From positions 121,582,001-121,646,000 of the forward strand of contig OZ024743.1 of the NCBI GenBank assembly GCA_964016885.1: 64,000 nucleotides of DNA, written 5' to 3'. Shown in pieces: positions 1 to 13,582 of the stretch. Under the pieces are notes generated by a model. That model was not told the DNA's origin and did no database searches. It saw nothing but the letters and a program-made list of their open reading frames with translations. Positions within the stretch are counted from its first letter, which is position 1. Each line of letters opens with the position of its first letter. The position numbers and the translations under genes were made by a program. The stretch comes from Eledone cirrhosa (taxonomy: Eukaryota).

Positions 1-59
1 TTTTATCTATTTAATATTTGAACCAGTAATTTAAAATCTTAACGACCCGGTGATTTCAA

Positions 60-650
60 GTTGTTTTTGTTTTTGTTGTTGTTTAACGTCGTCATGTCTA
101 CTTTTTGTTATAGTAGGCCACGATAGCTCGGGTGTTGTGTTCGTTGATTTGAACAAATTTCGTTTGTGGCGATTCCTTTGCTCTTCATAATTCTCCTCTT
201 CAGAATTTCTCTACAGTTCTTGTTGATGTTGGTGCATTGATTTCAATTTTATGTTTACCAAGTTCTTCATAAAATGGTTTCAGGTTGGAGTCAAACTTCT
301 TGTTTTGATCAAAGAATCGCTGTTATTTTTCATACCGTGAGATTATTAGTAATTTAGCGTAGATGAATTATTTCGAGTGTTCTTTGATTTCAGACACGTT
401 CTTTATTTCTTTAATATTATATTTTTTTAGTATTTGTCTCTACATTTTTCAGTTGTGTCGATTTGTTATTGATTTCATCAAGGATTGAAAGATCTGTTAT
501 TTTTAATCTTTTGTGTATGTTTGCTTGGGTATACATATTCATTTGTGAATAGATATGAAGGAGTTTCTCGTTTATTTCGTAGCTACAGTAGCTGCAGCAT
601 ATATTTTTTATTTTAACTTAAAGATATTTATGTTTGTAACCGTTTTCATT
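60..650 (-). mobile_element. Decayed non-LTR retrotransposon fragment, R4/Dong-like pre-RT region
   Basis: Minus-strand translation, broken by stops, gives RYEK*QRFFDQNKKFDSNLKPFYEELGKHKIEINAPTSTRTVEKF*. This resembles the 'RY..R.....QN..F..N...FY..L.......P......FW' block of R4/Dong-type elements. Boundaries approximate. Confidence 0.45.
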
Positions 651-1571
651 GAGCCTGTGAAATCCAGATTTTACTTGGAAAACATTATTATTTTTAACCG
701 AAAATTCTTGTTTCAATCAGCGCAAAATGTATTGTGGTTTGTGGTGCCAAAGTACGATTCTTCATCCCCTTTCTATTTGATTATTATATGAATGGTCTTT
801 TAAAAGAAAAGTTTAGCAAATATATTAAAATCAAGTGCAGAAATCTGTTATTAAATCCAACTGACACGGCTATTATATGTTTTGGAAAAGAACCCATTAG
901 TCTTGTTCAGTTTGAATGGCATTTATATCAAATTACAGTATGGATAAAAATATCCAGGTTTTTATGGAATATTAAAGATAAAATTTACTATCTCAGTTGC
1001 ACTGGATCAAATGCAGCAGAAAATTGGATTCCTTCTATCGAAGGGCATTCACTATTATCCTTATTATATACAATTCATTTTATTAATTATAATGCAATTC
1101 TGATACCATTCATTCATTTAAAATGAAGAAAACATTTCAATCTTTTTTTTTCTCAGCATTGTTCCGTTGTACTATTAAAATTATTTGGTATATTATTCTT
1201 TGAAGATCTTTTTAAAATGATTTTGTAAACAACGGTAAAATAACTATATTCAAATAGCTATAAATATTTTCTTTTGGAATTTATTACGCTTCGTTCTCCA
1301 AATTACAAAATACATTTATAATATTTTCATAGAAATATATCATCTCAAAACTTGAATTTAAATGTCTTTTTATTTTCTGAAATAATCGAATATATCCAAT
1401 AAATTTTACACCTTGGATTATATAAGATTTTATTGTGCTAGTGTATTGAGGATGAAAAATGTTATACATTAATGCGTGGAGCATATTTTACAATGTGTGA
1501 AAGACGAGATAAATATTTGTATAAATATGCAATAATTACAGATAATTGAAGAGATATGATTTAAATACACA

Positions 1572-1798
1572 TCTATATACTACTAAAACTCTGATCGCTT
1601 GTCTGCTTGCTTGTCTGTAATGTAATACCGCCAAAAGGGGGCATAATGGAAAAATACTTTGAAAGGAAGTTGACCTGAAATGGGAATACAAATGGAATAA
1701 AACAAGCTTCGCCGAAATCGGAGCACGGGTTCCCGAGATACGCGGTTTTTTCGAATACCTTGAACTATTGGCGACCCAACGGGTCACGGGTAGTCTAG
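1572..1798 (+). mobile_element. Non-autonomous Helitron
   Basis: Begins A|TCTATATACTACTAAAA and ends CTAG|T (insertion between A and T, no TSD). Subterminal hairpin GACCC-AAC-GGGTC at 1773-1785; internal TGTC/TGCT simple repeat. Confidence 0.7.
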
Positions 1799-3972
1799 TT
1801 ATAAATAAAATAAGATTTATTGTAACTGCTGGGAATGGCTTGAAACTAAGGACAATGCGATCCTTTCCGACGTCTCTGAGATAGCACTTGGCGTTGACTA
1901 AGGAACAACAGCTTCTATGAACGGCTGTTGCAGTTTTCTTTCTTTTATTTCGTCTTGGAAGAAACTTTTTAAATGATGCATACTGCATACTGCCACGCAT
2001 ACTGCATACTGCCACGCATACTGCAGCAGCTGGGATTTATGCTCTGAATAATCAATCTTGGGACCTTTCTTGGAATTTATTACATGGCACAAATGGAGGG
2101 GGGGGCGTCGTTTATGATCATTAGAAGCCATAAAGAAGTCTATATTCATACCAACTCAGGTCTTTCACTTAGGAGAGGCACGTCTAATTGTTCTTTGGGG
2201 GGGGCACATGGAAAGCCTCTTTAACTTCCACAGGGCACAAGTAAATCTTCTTTCTTGTCCCTTGAGCTTGGGTGAAAGGCAAGTACTTATTTTTGTGTCA
2301 TAATATTGTTGTGTTGTCGTTCCTTCATAGGAATTTTCGATCGTCTTGATATGGGGACGTGTTTGGGGAATTTTTTACGAGTTGTCATGCTCATAAAATC
2401 GACAAGACGAAAGTAAAAAGCGAAATACTTTTAAAAGACGAACATTTGAGTTCTTTCACAAAATCTGACAGGCGTCACTCCTCGCTTTTATGCACCTAGT
2501 ATACTGTCAGTTATAGCAGACAGCTGTCAAGTCAATAGCGGACAATCTGACGTATAAAAATAGTGTTCATTTGGTAGGCCATCAGTACCGTTGATTTTTC
2601 ACTCAGATACTGGCTCAAAAGGTCAGGAGCTTCATTTTCAGAAATCAGCGTTCTGGAGCATTCTGCGACATCAGTCTAGACTCGCATTTGAAGTAGACGT
2701 TAAAATACATTCGTTTTTGTTACCAAGTTGTGTATCTGGTACTCTAGCCTATTGAATAGCCTTCGTTTTGCGATGCATTTTTACGCGTCTCTTTTACTCG
2801 GTCGCGTAGCTTTTTCTATTTCTCTACTGTTTTCTATAGCTATTTCTTTGCTAAAATTAACAGATGCTTCTGTATCTTCTTTCTCATTCGTGAACTCACC
2901 ACTTATTGTTAGAGACTAACATCTTCAATTTCAATTTAACTAATTCATTCATTCCTTCTCTGAAATATTCGTGCCCCTATCTAATGGGTTTGTCTAAGTT
3001 AACCACACTGAACACAGATTTGGAGTCAGTTATTTGAATCAGTCAAGCATTCTATCTATGTACTGTGAATGGCCCGCTTGTTTGGAAATGTAGCCGATAC
3101 ATGAGCAAATTTGCATGGCTTTGCACCCAACTTCACCATCGACTAGTCCCTCCCAAAAAGTTGGATTATTTTAATAATTCTATTTTGTCTCAAATGTTGA
3201 GTTCCCATTTAATACTGGCGTCCTGCTACGTGTGGACAATCTCACCAATACCACAATCACCAAAGAAAAGCTATCAGAAAAAAATAACTACCAAACATAA
3301 AAAAGACAAAGATGAAACAAATATTATTGAATAGATTTTCCAATTGCAAGAATTGTTTATCATGGCATTTCACGGAAAGATGTAACATTACAAACTTCAC
3401 GTTTGATAACGATAACAACAACAACGACGAAGACCATAACACTCTGAGAACTAAGGGATATGAGACGGTATTATTTATTTTCGAAACAAAAGAAAGATGA
3501 GGTACCTGCTCATAAACTGGCAACGCAATATTTGGGTTTAGAAAAAATGAAGGTCTCCTTCAAGGACATAACTGATGGCGCCAACCCATAGTCAGTAATC
3601 ATTTTCCTGGCGCATTATGAATAGGTGGTCCATGTTAATGTAACCATAAAGCATGTCTCCCACAACACCACAAAACAATCCCAGATATGTGTCCTGTAAG
3701 ATGGGGATGAGATGAATGCCAAGGAAAAGAAGTGAAATAGGAAAAAAAAGTAAAACGCATTCCAAAGCCGATGAAACCTTCTCCGATAAGGAGGACCCTA
3801 TCCCTTCTTAAAGGAAAGCCATCTTCCGTGAGGTGGATCCTATCCCTCTTTCATTTTGATTTCACATCCTCTCTGAAAGCCAACAACACACTGATTAATG
3901 AGGCATATCAAATACGTCAGGTCTGTCTAAACGAGGTACAGATAGGGAAATGGATTAAATTAGACACTTCCA

Positions 3973-4205
3973 TAGGCGCTGAGCTGGCCAGCCGCAGATG
4001 TGAGCCTCGCGAGCTGGAGTGGCTCTTCCAGCGCATCTCCCTTACCATCCTCCGGAGAGACGCCTTCTCCATCCTGTCCGCTGGGGCTGTGGGGAGGCCA
4101 GCACGTGGGACCCCATTTGCTCACCATACGGATTAATAGGCAAAGTTATAAACTATTGTAAATAAATAATTATTGTGGCTTGCTTTTAAAAAAAAAAAAA
4201 AAAAA
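3973..4205 (+). mobile_element. 3' end of an RLE-type (CRE-like) non-LTR retrotransposon with poly(A) tail
   Basis: GC-rich island encoding IGAELASRRCEPRELEWLFQRISLTILRRDAFSILSAG*, then AATAAA and an A-run at ~4188-4205. Same protein region as the copy at 36930-37568. Confidence 0.6.
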
Positions 4206-4624
4206 GAGCCAAAGAATGTTTATGAAAGCTTACATATAAATCAAACACAGTACGTGAATTTTTAGTTGCCTAACCTAACCCAAGATACGTGTCTTTTTAC
4301 ATGGAAAAATTGAAGATGGTGTAAAATCAGTGCCTTATTGAAGCTCCTGATCAACGCAGGTGACGGCTTCTCACATATATAGAGGCGGTCTGCCATTTTT
4401 TTTCATTAAATTATTTTACGTGTTGTGTGTTTCTTATTATGTTTACTATAAACTATTAATTCTTCTATATCAATAATTTTTTTAATTTTTTACATCTATT
4501 GTTTTTCACACCTCTTTTCGATTTATAAAACTACCCAATATTCATTCTACACCCCTTGTGTATAATTGTGTATAATTACTCACACTGGCTAAATAAAAAT
4601 GATTATTAATATTATCATTAACGG

Positions 4625-4637
4625 TAGCAGCAGCAGC

Positions 4638-4728
<91 letters not shown>

Positions 4729-4782
4729 CTGGTGGTGGTGGTGGCGGTGGTGCTGGTAGTAGTAGTAGTAGTAGTAGTAGTA
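4625..4782 (+). repeat. Trinucleotide microsatellite (AGC)n(AGT)n(GGT)n
   Basis: Directly visible; source of the poly-S/T/L ORFs. Confidence 0.95.
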
Positions 4783-5492
4783 CCATTATTATTAACTTTG
4801 CTATAATCATGATTATTATTATCATCAGTAATTACAATGGTTGTTGTAATTGTTATTTTGTTCAATATCGTAATGGTATGTAGAAAAACAAAAGCTAAAT
4901 GATAATATCAAATCAATAAAAACAAAGCAGGCGTAAAGAATTAGTTGTACCTTTTTTCCCTTATTATGTTTATTTTCCTTTCCCCTATAATAGACTTCAT
5001 TACCAATATTATAGCCAGTGACTGTTGCACCAATTCATGCTTGCATCCGTTAGTAGGTGAATTTCTCTTAAATGTCAAACTACGCTGTGTTGAGTATACT
5101 TGATTAGAAGAAAATGTGCACCATGTCCGCATTGCGATGTTTTGTTATGACAGCCTAGCTTTCCTTCTGTTATTTTTTTTTTTTCGTTTATGTTATTTGT
5201 TATTTCTATGCTTTCTCACTCGCCATTTTGGCACCATGGAAACAAGCAACTTTCAAAAATAGTAAAGGTTAACCGAGTTACTTAAGTAGAGGTTCATAGT
5301 ATTGTTAGGGATCTATGGAAAATGTTAAAACGACGGAATGTAATACTCATACATCACTAAATAAATTCGTGAAACTGGAAATCTTACCTATCGACATACA
5401 TATACAGTTGAGTACATCCATGTGTGTGTGTGTATATATATGTTGTTATTTCTGTTTACCTTTTATATATATATATATACACACATATATTT

Positions 5493-5568
<76 letters not shown>

Positions 5569-5577
5569 GGGAGGGTG

Positions 5578-5700
5578 AAGGCACGTGGCTGAATGGTTAG
5601 AGAATTGGATGTTTCGCAATCGTGAGCTTGTGACGTCGATTCCCAGACCGGATGATGCGTTATGTCCTTCAGCAAGACACTTTATTTCACGTTGCTCCTT
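5578..5700 (+). mobile_element. tRNA-derived SINE, family B (5' part)
   Basis: A-box-like GTGGCTGAATGGTTAG, B-box-like GTCGATTCC, then a GTCCTTCAGCAAGACACTTTATTTCACGTTGCTCC core. Related copies at ~18660-18900 and ~58095-58220. Confidence 0.65.
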
Positions 5701-5803
5701 CTGTCGTCCGGAGTTGCGCCCGGTAGATAGTATTAAACAGTTGGAGAGACCAATGGAGACATTGTTTACTCAGTCCGATTTGACGAAATTGATCGAAAGA
5801 AAA

Positions 5804-5851
<48 letters not shown>

Positions 5852-5856
5852 TACCC

Positions 5857-5907
5857 AGATTCCTGATGATTTCTAAAGAATGAAACAGTTCTAGTCCTGT
5901 AGAATCT
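5857..5907 (+). ncRNA. Type I hammerhead ribozyme in a short PLE-like repeat (5851-5993) between (TA)n arrays
   Basis: AGATTC-CTGATGA-TTTC TAAA GAAT-GAAA-CAG TTCTAGTC CTG-TA-GAATCT. 6-bp helix I, canonical core, stem II, stem III with a CTAG-containing loop, GUA cleavage triplet. Confidence 0.85.
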
Positions 5908-5989
5908 CATCTATATTAAAACTTTTATACTCTGCTATGTATTGAGTACCTTACTTACTGTGGTTACCTCCGATTCAACCCGGAATAAC

Positions 5990-6124
<135 letters not shown>

Positions 6125-6299
6125 CTGTGTAGAAACATACACACATACATACATACATGATGACTGCAAACTCTGCTAAGAGTAATGCATTCGCATGTCA
6201 AATTATCGAAACTGGTGCACTTTTAGGCTACGTTCAGCTACAGCTGTAACAGATCCTGAACAAGCAATGCCTGTGCTTTGAAGGTTTCGTAAGTGGGGA

Positions 6300-6622
6300 A
6301 AGGCCTTGCACTCGACCAATCCCACTCTCTGAGCATCGAAAACACTACCCGAAAAGGGGAACTGGTCAACATCATCGGATGCTTCCGAAGCCGCAGTTTT
6401 TTTGTTTTTTTTGTTCAGAGTTTCCCTCCTCTAGAAAGGTGTTGTGACAACAGCTGACGGCCTTTCACACCCAGGGGGGGAAAAAAAGTACTATTTGGAT
6501 GGCCGGTGACTCTGCTGACTTCCTCCACACTTTGCCGAGTCTTGTATTTCATCCCGCGGGGTGTCCAAATATCACCCTCCTTACCAAGCAAGTTTGGTGG
6601 GGTTGCCAGTTTAGTCACCGAA
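6300..6622 (-). mobile_element. Interspersed repeat, probable 5' leader of an RTE-type LINE
   Basis: Shares GGTGGGGTTGCCAGTTTAGTC, GTCCAAA and CTAGAA blocks with 42130-42390. Confidence 0.45.
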
Positions 6623-6857
6623 GACCTGATTATGATACATTCATACATGCATGCTTATATACATACATACATACATACATGTATCTGTTTGGTGTTGGTT
6701 GACGTAAGAATAGATATTCAATACAGAAGTAGAGTTTGATATTATATATTATTTTTATTATGACTAAGTGATGAGTGCTGTTACTCTGGAGTTTCAACTG
6801 TTCACTCAAATGATCATCAGACAATGCTTTTCCGAGGGTTCTGTGAGTGTACAGATG

Positions 6858-6920
<63 letters not shown>

Positions 6921-7268
6921 TGTGTGTGTATATATATACGTTCAACAATCTGGCAGGAAGGTATACGTTGCTGACGATAGCTAATAAGCTTGAAACTAGT
7001 ACAGCGTTCCTTTGTCAGTGTTGAACAAACGAGCAACGGCGGTTGCGAGACACTACGGCTTAATACGGGATGTTTGTTTACAAACACACCGAGCATTATA
7101 ATAAATGTTCGGTGAATCCATACGTACATATATATATGTGTGCATGTATGTGTATATATATACATACTACTGTACGTCTGTATACATATATGTATGTACG
7201 TGTACATACTTATATTTAAGTAACATCCGTACTAAGAGTGGGAAATGAAATTTCGTTTCATTTTTTCC

Positions 7269-7320
<52 letters not shown>

Positions 7321-7368
7321 GGAAAAAATGTAACGAAATATACATATATATAAGTTTTAATATAGAAA

Positions 7369-7419
7369 AGCTTATACAAGACTAGAACTGTTTCATTCGT
7401 GACAAATCATCAGGGAGCT
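7369..7419 (-). ncRNA. Type I hammerhead ribozyme (left arm of inverted repeat)
   Basis: Minus strand AGCTCC-CTGATGA-TTTG TCAC GAAT-GAAA-CAG TTCTAGTC TTG-TA-TAAGCT. Same family as 5857, with some helix mismatches. Confidence 0.7.
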
Positions 7420-7704
7420 GGTTGTTCAAGTAAGTAGTGGTATTTATATCTTTTCTTTTCTGGTGGTAGGAGAGGGTGGGGATTGGGGTGGGTGGAGGTC
7501 ATTGGTTGAAGGATTTAAAGAAAAGGGAGTTCATTAAAAGCTAATTCTTTAAAGCTATAGTATTAACAAAGGCAAAGTATTAGCTTTTAATGAACTCCAT
7601 TTTCTTTAAATCTTTCAACCAATGACCTCCACCCATCCCAATCCCCACCCTCTCCTACTACCAGAAAAGAAAAGATATAAATACCACTACTTACCTGGAC
7701 AGCT

Positions 7705-7763
7705 AGCTCCCTGATGATCTGATGATTTCTCACGAATGAAACAGTTCTAGTCCTGTAGAAGCT
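7705..7763 (+). ncRNA. Type I hammerhead ribozyme with duplicated CTGATGAT core
   Basis: AGCTCC-CTGATGAT-CTGATGA-TTTC TCAC GAAT-GAAA-CAG TTCTAGTC CTG-TA-GAAGCT. Confidence 0.7.
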
Positions 7764-7844
7764 CTTCTATATTAAAAATGTTATACTCTGTTATGTATTG
7801 AGTACCTTACTTACTGTGGTTACCTCCGATTCAACCAGGAATGA

Positions 7845-7943
<99 letters not shown>

Positions 7944-8025
7944 ATTGAGAGAGAGAGCGCGGGCGAGAGAGAGAGGGGGAAAGAAACGGAGAGAAAGAAA
8001 GAGAGAGAGAGAAAAAGAGAGAGAG

Positions 8026-8080
<55 letters not shown>

Positions 8081-8440
8081 AATATATATATATATATATA
8101 CATTTATGTTTAGTGGATAGAACTGGTCATACCGTTTAGTTAATCATGATGTATTTGTAGGAAAAGCACTCTACGTTAGCAACTCATCCATCGTTGATGT
8201 TGAATCATGTGGTTCAATATTAGTTTGATTAAAATAACAAAAAGCTGGTCTGGTTATGTTCCTTTAAAGTTTTATTATTGCAAAAACACTATATTATATA
8301 TATTTCAATGGCCTGGTTACGTAAGATCCTGGTGACATCATCAGGTTCGGGTTGCATAATTAGTAAATCAGTAAAGGAATTATGGCAAACAAAAACAGAA
8401 AATATAGAAAAAATATCTCCGGTTATCTTAATCAAACTGG

Positions 8441-8474
<34 letters not shown>

Positions 8475-8580
8475 CGTAAGTATGCACACGTACACACACA
8501 CACATATATATATATATACATACATACACACACACACATATATACATATAGATATGTATGTATGGGTTATATCGAACATT

Positions 8581-8770
8581 AATAATTGTTTCTATGTTAG
8601 GCACAAGGCCACCAATTCACCAGTGCATTACTGGTACTTTATTTTATCGACCTCGTAAGGATGAAAGGCAAAGTTAACCTTGGCGGGATTTGAACTCAGA
8701 ATGGCAAGGGCCGTAACTCTATACGTCAAAGCATGGCGTCCGACCCTCTACCGATACTGCCAATTCACCG
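8581..8770 (-). mobile_element. tRNA-derived SINE, family A
   Basis: Reverse complement of the consensus seen at 10551 (TTGGCAGTATCGGTAGAG...GAGTTCAAATCCCGCC...TTTGCCTTTCATCCTTACG...AAACAATTATT). Confidence 0.85.
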
Positions 8771-9332
8771 ATTAATAATAATGCTCGATTCGTTTGTAAA
8801 CAAATGACCCGATTTGAAGCTGTGCCGTGTCGGTGACCGATCGTCACCTGTTTGTTCAACACTGGCTTTGAGGAACAATCAACATGTTTCTGGGTCATTA
8901 CCCTTCATCGGGACTGTTTACCTCTACCAGTCTGTTAAACGGTTGAAAATATATAGTATTTTCTTAAGTACACATCGGCTGAGTAGTCTCATTTGCATAC
9001 CGAGCGAGTAACGGCTGGTCTTGCCGAATATTAAAAAATAAATTAAAATTTTAATATTTTCTTAAGTACACATCGTATATATTGGAATCATTAATTGGCC
9101 GTCTCGTTTACTTACGCTCAGACCTATTGTTGACAGCTTAATTATATATAGTGCACGTTTGAAAGCTTATTTACATATACAAGTAGATTCACACATTCGA
9201 AATATGGCGAGTGGAAAAAATTTCAATCGCCTGAGATTCTCCTCACAATTTCAACTCCCATTTGGGTGTTCAAATACTGAGGACGAAACTAGAGAAAGAA
9301 CTGTTATAGCCTAAACTGGTCTAAAGTTTCTG

Positions 9333-9536
9333 TCGATGAACAGGTGAAATTATTTCGAATCGATAAACTTATAGTGTATAGTTAGAAATTATATTTTAGT
9401 CATATAAAATGTAATTGATAGAAAGGCTTTTTTTAGAGACCTTGCTTCTACCAATTATATTTTATATGACTAAAATATAATTTCTAACTATACTATATAA
9501 GTTTATCGATTCGAAATAATTTCACCTGTTCTTCGA
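9333..9536. repeat. ~200-nt fold-back palindrome (MITE-like)
   Basis: GAACAGGTGAAATTATTTCGAATCGATAAACTTAT... at 9338 pairs with ...ATAAGTTTATCGATTCGAAATAATTTCACCTGTTC ending 9531. Arms ~90 bp, loop ~20 nt. Confidence 0.8.
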
Positions 9537-10550
9537 AATAAACTTTATTTACGTTATAAATTTAGCATAGAGATCAATTTTCAGAGCTCATTATAAAGAG
9601 AGAAATTGTTGGAAATCAGTTCTAAGATTAGCATTAACACTATCATACACTGCAGCTTCTTTCAACTTTCTTTTAACCTATGTACAACGTTAACATTGGA
9701 CCATTCAGCATAAACTATTTCTCCCTTTTTCTCGAATATTTTTGAGAATAAAAATATTTATGTTAAAGGGAATGCGCATATAATTATTCAAAAGCTTCAA
9801 GCTAATGAAAACTCATATAAATATTTTTTTTCTAAATAGAGATTTTTCATTTCAGAATTTCTGTATTGTGGGTGCATAATGTTTTTATTTCTAAGCTAGC
9901 ACTAACACGCCCTCTTAAAGAAAGCATTGTGACAATGGCATGAGCTTTTGATTATTATTTAGTGTATAGTTTTACATGGTGAATACAAGTCAAAATCTAA
10001 ATGGCAGAGAAAGCATTAATTATTACTGAAGAAGCGGATTCCTTGCACAATTTATTATTATGATTGTTTATCCCTAGAACAAACATAGGTGATAAGCCGT
10101 GACCACCAGTCTATCAAGAACTACATTCTCCAAGTATCCTTCATTTTTGAAAACGGTAGACAAGATTTGATTGAGCTTTAGCTGTTATTTCTAGCATGCA
10201 ATCTACTTGCTTACAGGTTCTCTTAATTTATGTTTAGCGTCAGCTTATCTTTGGTCGAGCGATCGTGACTATCCTGACTGTCTGTATATCATTAAGCACA
10301 TTTTCCAATTATCTTTTCTTTCTAAAGACACCATTTTGCTGCTATTTCTATGAACCCGGCATATTTCCCATATGCCTGCATTAATTAAAAGGGCGTTTTA
10401 TTAAGAAATTAAAATATTAAAGAAATGATAACACAATTCATTTTTAACTTTCTTCAATGCAATGTGTTGTGTAATGACACTTTTTAAAGACTCAGCATTG
10501 ACGAAGTTGGCCAAAAGCGCGATGTATAATTATTATACATTATTTGATGA

Positions 10551-10948
10551 GGGCGGTGGTGGATTGGCAGAATCAGTAGAGGGTCGGACACCATGCGTTG
10601 ACGCATAGAGTTACGGCCCTTGCCATTCTGAGTTCAAATCCCGCCGAGGTTAACTTTGCCTTTCATCCTTACGGGGTCGATAAAATAAAGTACCAGTAAT
10701 GCACTGAGATAATTGCTGGCCTTGTGCCAAAAGTAGAAATAATTATTTGATGAGGGCGGTGGTTTGGCAGTATCGGTAGAGCGTCAGACACCATACTTTA
10801 CAGCATAGAGTTATGACTCTTCATGATCTGAGTTCAAATCCCGCTGATGTTAACTTTGCATTCCATCCTTACGGGTGTCGATAAAATAAAATATCAGTAA
10901 TGCACTGAGATAATTGCTGGCTTTGTGCCAAAAGCAGAAACAATTATT
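10551..10948 (+). mobile_element. Two tandem copies of SINE family A (~10551-10748 and ~10754-10948)
   Basis: A box TGGCAGAATCAGTAG, B box GAGTTCAAATCC, central GCCTTTCATCCTTACGGGGTCGATAAAATAAAGTACC (resembles the MetaSINE/Sauria-type central domain, from memory), and an ATT-type tail. Confidence 0.85.
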
Positions 10949-11339
10949 TGATTAGATGCGCATATTATAATTTGAAGTAAACTGCTTGCTGGAATTTGAC
11001 ACGAATATCAAAAGGATACATCTTTCATTTATTAAAGCAACATTTAAAACTCTGTCCAAGTATATCGATCTTCTTACCCGGGTGCATTTGTATTTTGTGT
11101 AAGAAATATTTTAAAAGTAGAAACTAAATTAAACAGGCGCAGGCATGGGGGATTGGTCACGATGTTTCTGATTCACTCTTACTGTATAGCATCATGTGTG
11201 TGCCTGACTCAGTCTGTCTCGTGACTCTTGCTAAGTGAGCATCTTCCCTAGCATTAGTCTGAAAACTTTCGTTTTAAATATATTTTTGTTTGTTTTTTTT
11301 AATTTAATTTTACTGTTAAATAAGCCACCATATTTCCAA

Positions 11340-13200
11340 AGAAATTCCGAGTACCAGCACCCCACAACCTCACAAAAGAAATGGCGAACCACAATAGAAT
11401 ATAAAAAAGAACTCGTAGCAAAATATGAAAGTGCTGTTTGCGTGGCTGATCTTGGTAAGGTGCATGGCGAATTGATATCAACAATCAACTCCAAATTACC
11501 AAAAAAGAAGGAAATTAAAGAAGCTGTGATTGCGAAGGGTTTTAATGTGTTGTCGAAACAGAGATCGCAAGCAATGGAAGATGTTGAAAATAGTGTTTCT
11601 GAGGCAATTATTTGCAAAACAAAAGCAAGTCGTACAGACCTCTTGAAAGAAATGCTTGAAATCTGTGCTGATACAGCTGGTGGTGAATTTAAGGCTAGTA
11701 GAGGCTGGTTTGAAAACTTTAAAAAGAGAACTTGCATACACAGTGTGATAAGGCATGAGGAAGCTGCCAGTTCAGATAAAGGTGGGGCCGAAGAATTCGT
11801 GAGTGGATTCAAGGATTACATGGAGGTTGAGGGATTCCTTCCCCAACGAATGATTAACTGTAACAAGATAGGCTTCGTTTGGAAAAAGTGCCAAAGAAGA
11901 CTTACATTACGTAGGAGAAAAGAGGAAAAGGCAATGCCAGGACACAAACCTATGGTGGATATGCTTACTCTTTTGGTGTATGGGAACGCTAGTGGGGATT
12001 TTTAAGTTAAGCCTTTACTGGTGTAACATTCTGAAAACTTGCCTTGTCACCCATTCCTTACTGTCCTTCACATAACATCAAATCTACTTTTAATCACATT
12101 GCTTTTTAAATCACTCGTGGATTTTTAGTGCGTCGATAAAGTTTTTGACCTAGTGTAAAACGATACCTCCTTGAAAATCAGTTGCCACTCAAGTGCCTAC
12201 TGGTAAGAAACAATGCTCCTACTCATCCTTACAATTGTTGGAAGAATTCAGTTGTATTACTGTGAAGTTCTTGCTCCCTGATACCACTCCTCTCATCCAG
12301 TCCATGGACCAGCAGGTCATTTCAAGTTTTAAAAAAGTGTACACGAATGTACCGTTTCAAAGGTGCTTTGAAGTGACCACTAACACTCAGTTAGCCCTAA
12401 GAGAGATCTGAAAGAACCACTTCAACATTTGAAATTGCATAAGCTGCATAGACAAGGCCTGGGTGAAAGCATCTTCCAGGACTATGAAATGTGCCTGGAA
12501 GAAAGAAATTGTGACCAGAATGTGTGCTTCAAAAAGACTTTGAAAGCTTTGAGACTGGGGCTGAGGGCGACGATCCTATGCCTGTTGTAGAAACAATTGT
12601 GTCTTCGGGAAAGTCACTGTGATGTAGAGGAGATGGTGGGGGACCACAGTGGAGAACCACGGGGAAGAGCTGACCACTGAAAAACTCCATGACCTTCAGC
12701 TGGAGTAGCAACAATCGGCAGCCGAGGAAGTAGCTTAAAAAAAGAAGAGGTGAAAGGGGAGAATATGTCTTCTTCAGTGATTAAGAACATTTGTTCAAAA
12801 TAGAGTGAGGTGCAAAGTTTTGTTCAAAAATATCACCCTAACAAAGCTGTTGCAAGCCATGTCATAAACATGTTTGATGTCAATATCTTGTCACATTTCA
12901 GGGGAATTTTAAAGCGAAGTCAAGGAACCAGTCAGTTTTAAAGCGGAGAAAAGGAACCAGTCAGTTTAAAGTAGATTGTAGTGGTACAAAGAGAGGGAGA
13001 AAGGAAATAACCCCAGAAAAAGACTTACCTAAGTCTTTCCTCCTTTTCAACCATCTTACATACACCAACAAGAGTCTTCAATAAAGATAACGTTAAATAT
13101 TCATTAATTTTATTCATTTATCATTTATAGTTATTCCTTATTGTTTTATGAATATTGTAGTTATACTGTATAAAATGATATTTTGGGGTGTGAAACAGAT
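11340..13200 (+). pseudogene. Decayed Tigger/pogo-family DDE transposase (TIGD1-like)
   Basis: HTH-like KWRTTIEYKKELVAKYE, CENP-B-type GEFKASRGWFENFKKR..IHSVIRHEEAASSD, DDE_1 pieces DMLTLLVYGNASGDF and VKFLLPDTTPLIQSMDQQVISSFK. Multiple stops and frameshifts. Confidence 0.85.
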
Positions 13201-13221
13201 TAATTGGATTTAGATTATGAG

Positions 13222-13418
13222 AGGCGGTGCATTGGCAGTATCGGTAGAGGGTCGGATGCCATGTTTTGCAACATAGAGTAACGGCCCTTTACGGTCTGAA
13301 TTCAAATCCCGACGAAGTTAACTTTGCCTTTCATCCTTACGGGGGTCGATAAAATAAAGCACAAGTAATGCACTGGGGTAAATTGCTGGCCTTGTGCCAA
13401 AAGTGGAAACAATTATTT
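13222..13418 (+). mobile_element. SINE family A
   Basis: Full-length match to the 10551 copy. Confidence 0.85.
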
Positions 13419-13544
13419 CTTATGGAAGATATTATTTCGGTTTTCAGCCGCCGACTTTCTGGAACGGATAATAGCCGATAACCGAGGTTATATATGTATA
13501 TATATATACATTAATTATAACGAGCCAGTAAATATATATATATA

Positions 13545-13582
<38 letters not shown>

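Larger units (their letters stand above)
7354..7777. repeat. ~200-bp-arm inverted repeat of a hammerhead-bearing pLTR-like sequence
   Basis: 7354-7550 is the reverse complement of ~7574-7777 with scattered mismatches and a ~23-nt spacer. Confidence 0.85.

Noticed and set aside
4542-4883. Poly-T/S/L ORFs
   Set aside because: Trinucleotide microsatellite artefacts.
8296-8347. Minus-strand CTGATGA...GAAA-TATATA-TA hammerhead-like string
   Set aside because: Stem II and helix I do not pair convincingly; too decayed to call.
10551-10650. tRNA-like A/B boxes
   Set aside because: These are SINE heads joined to a repeated core and tail; no cloverleaf tRNA gene.
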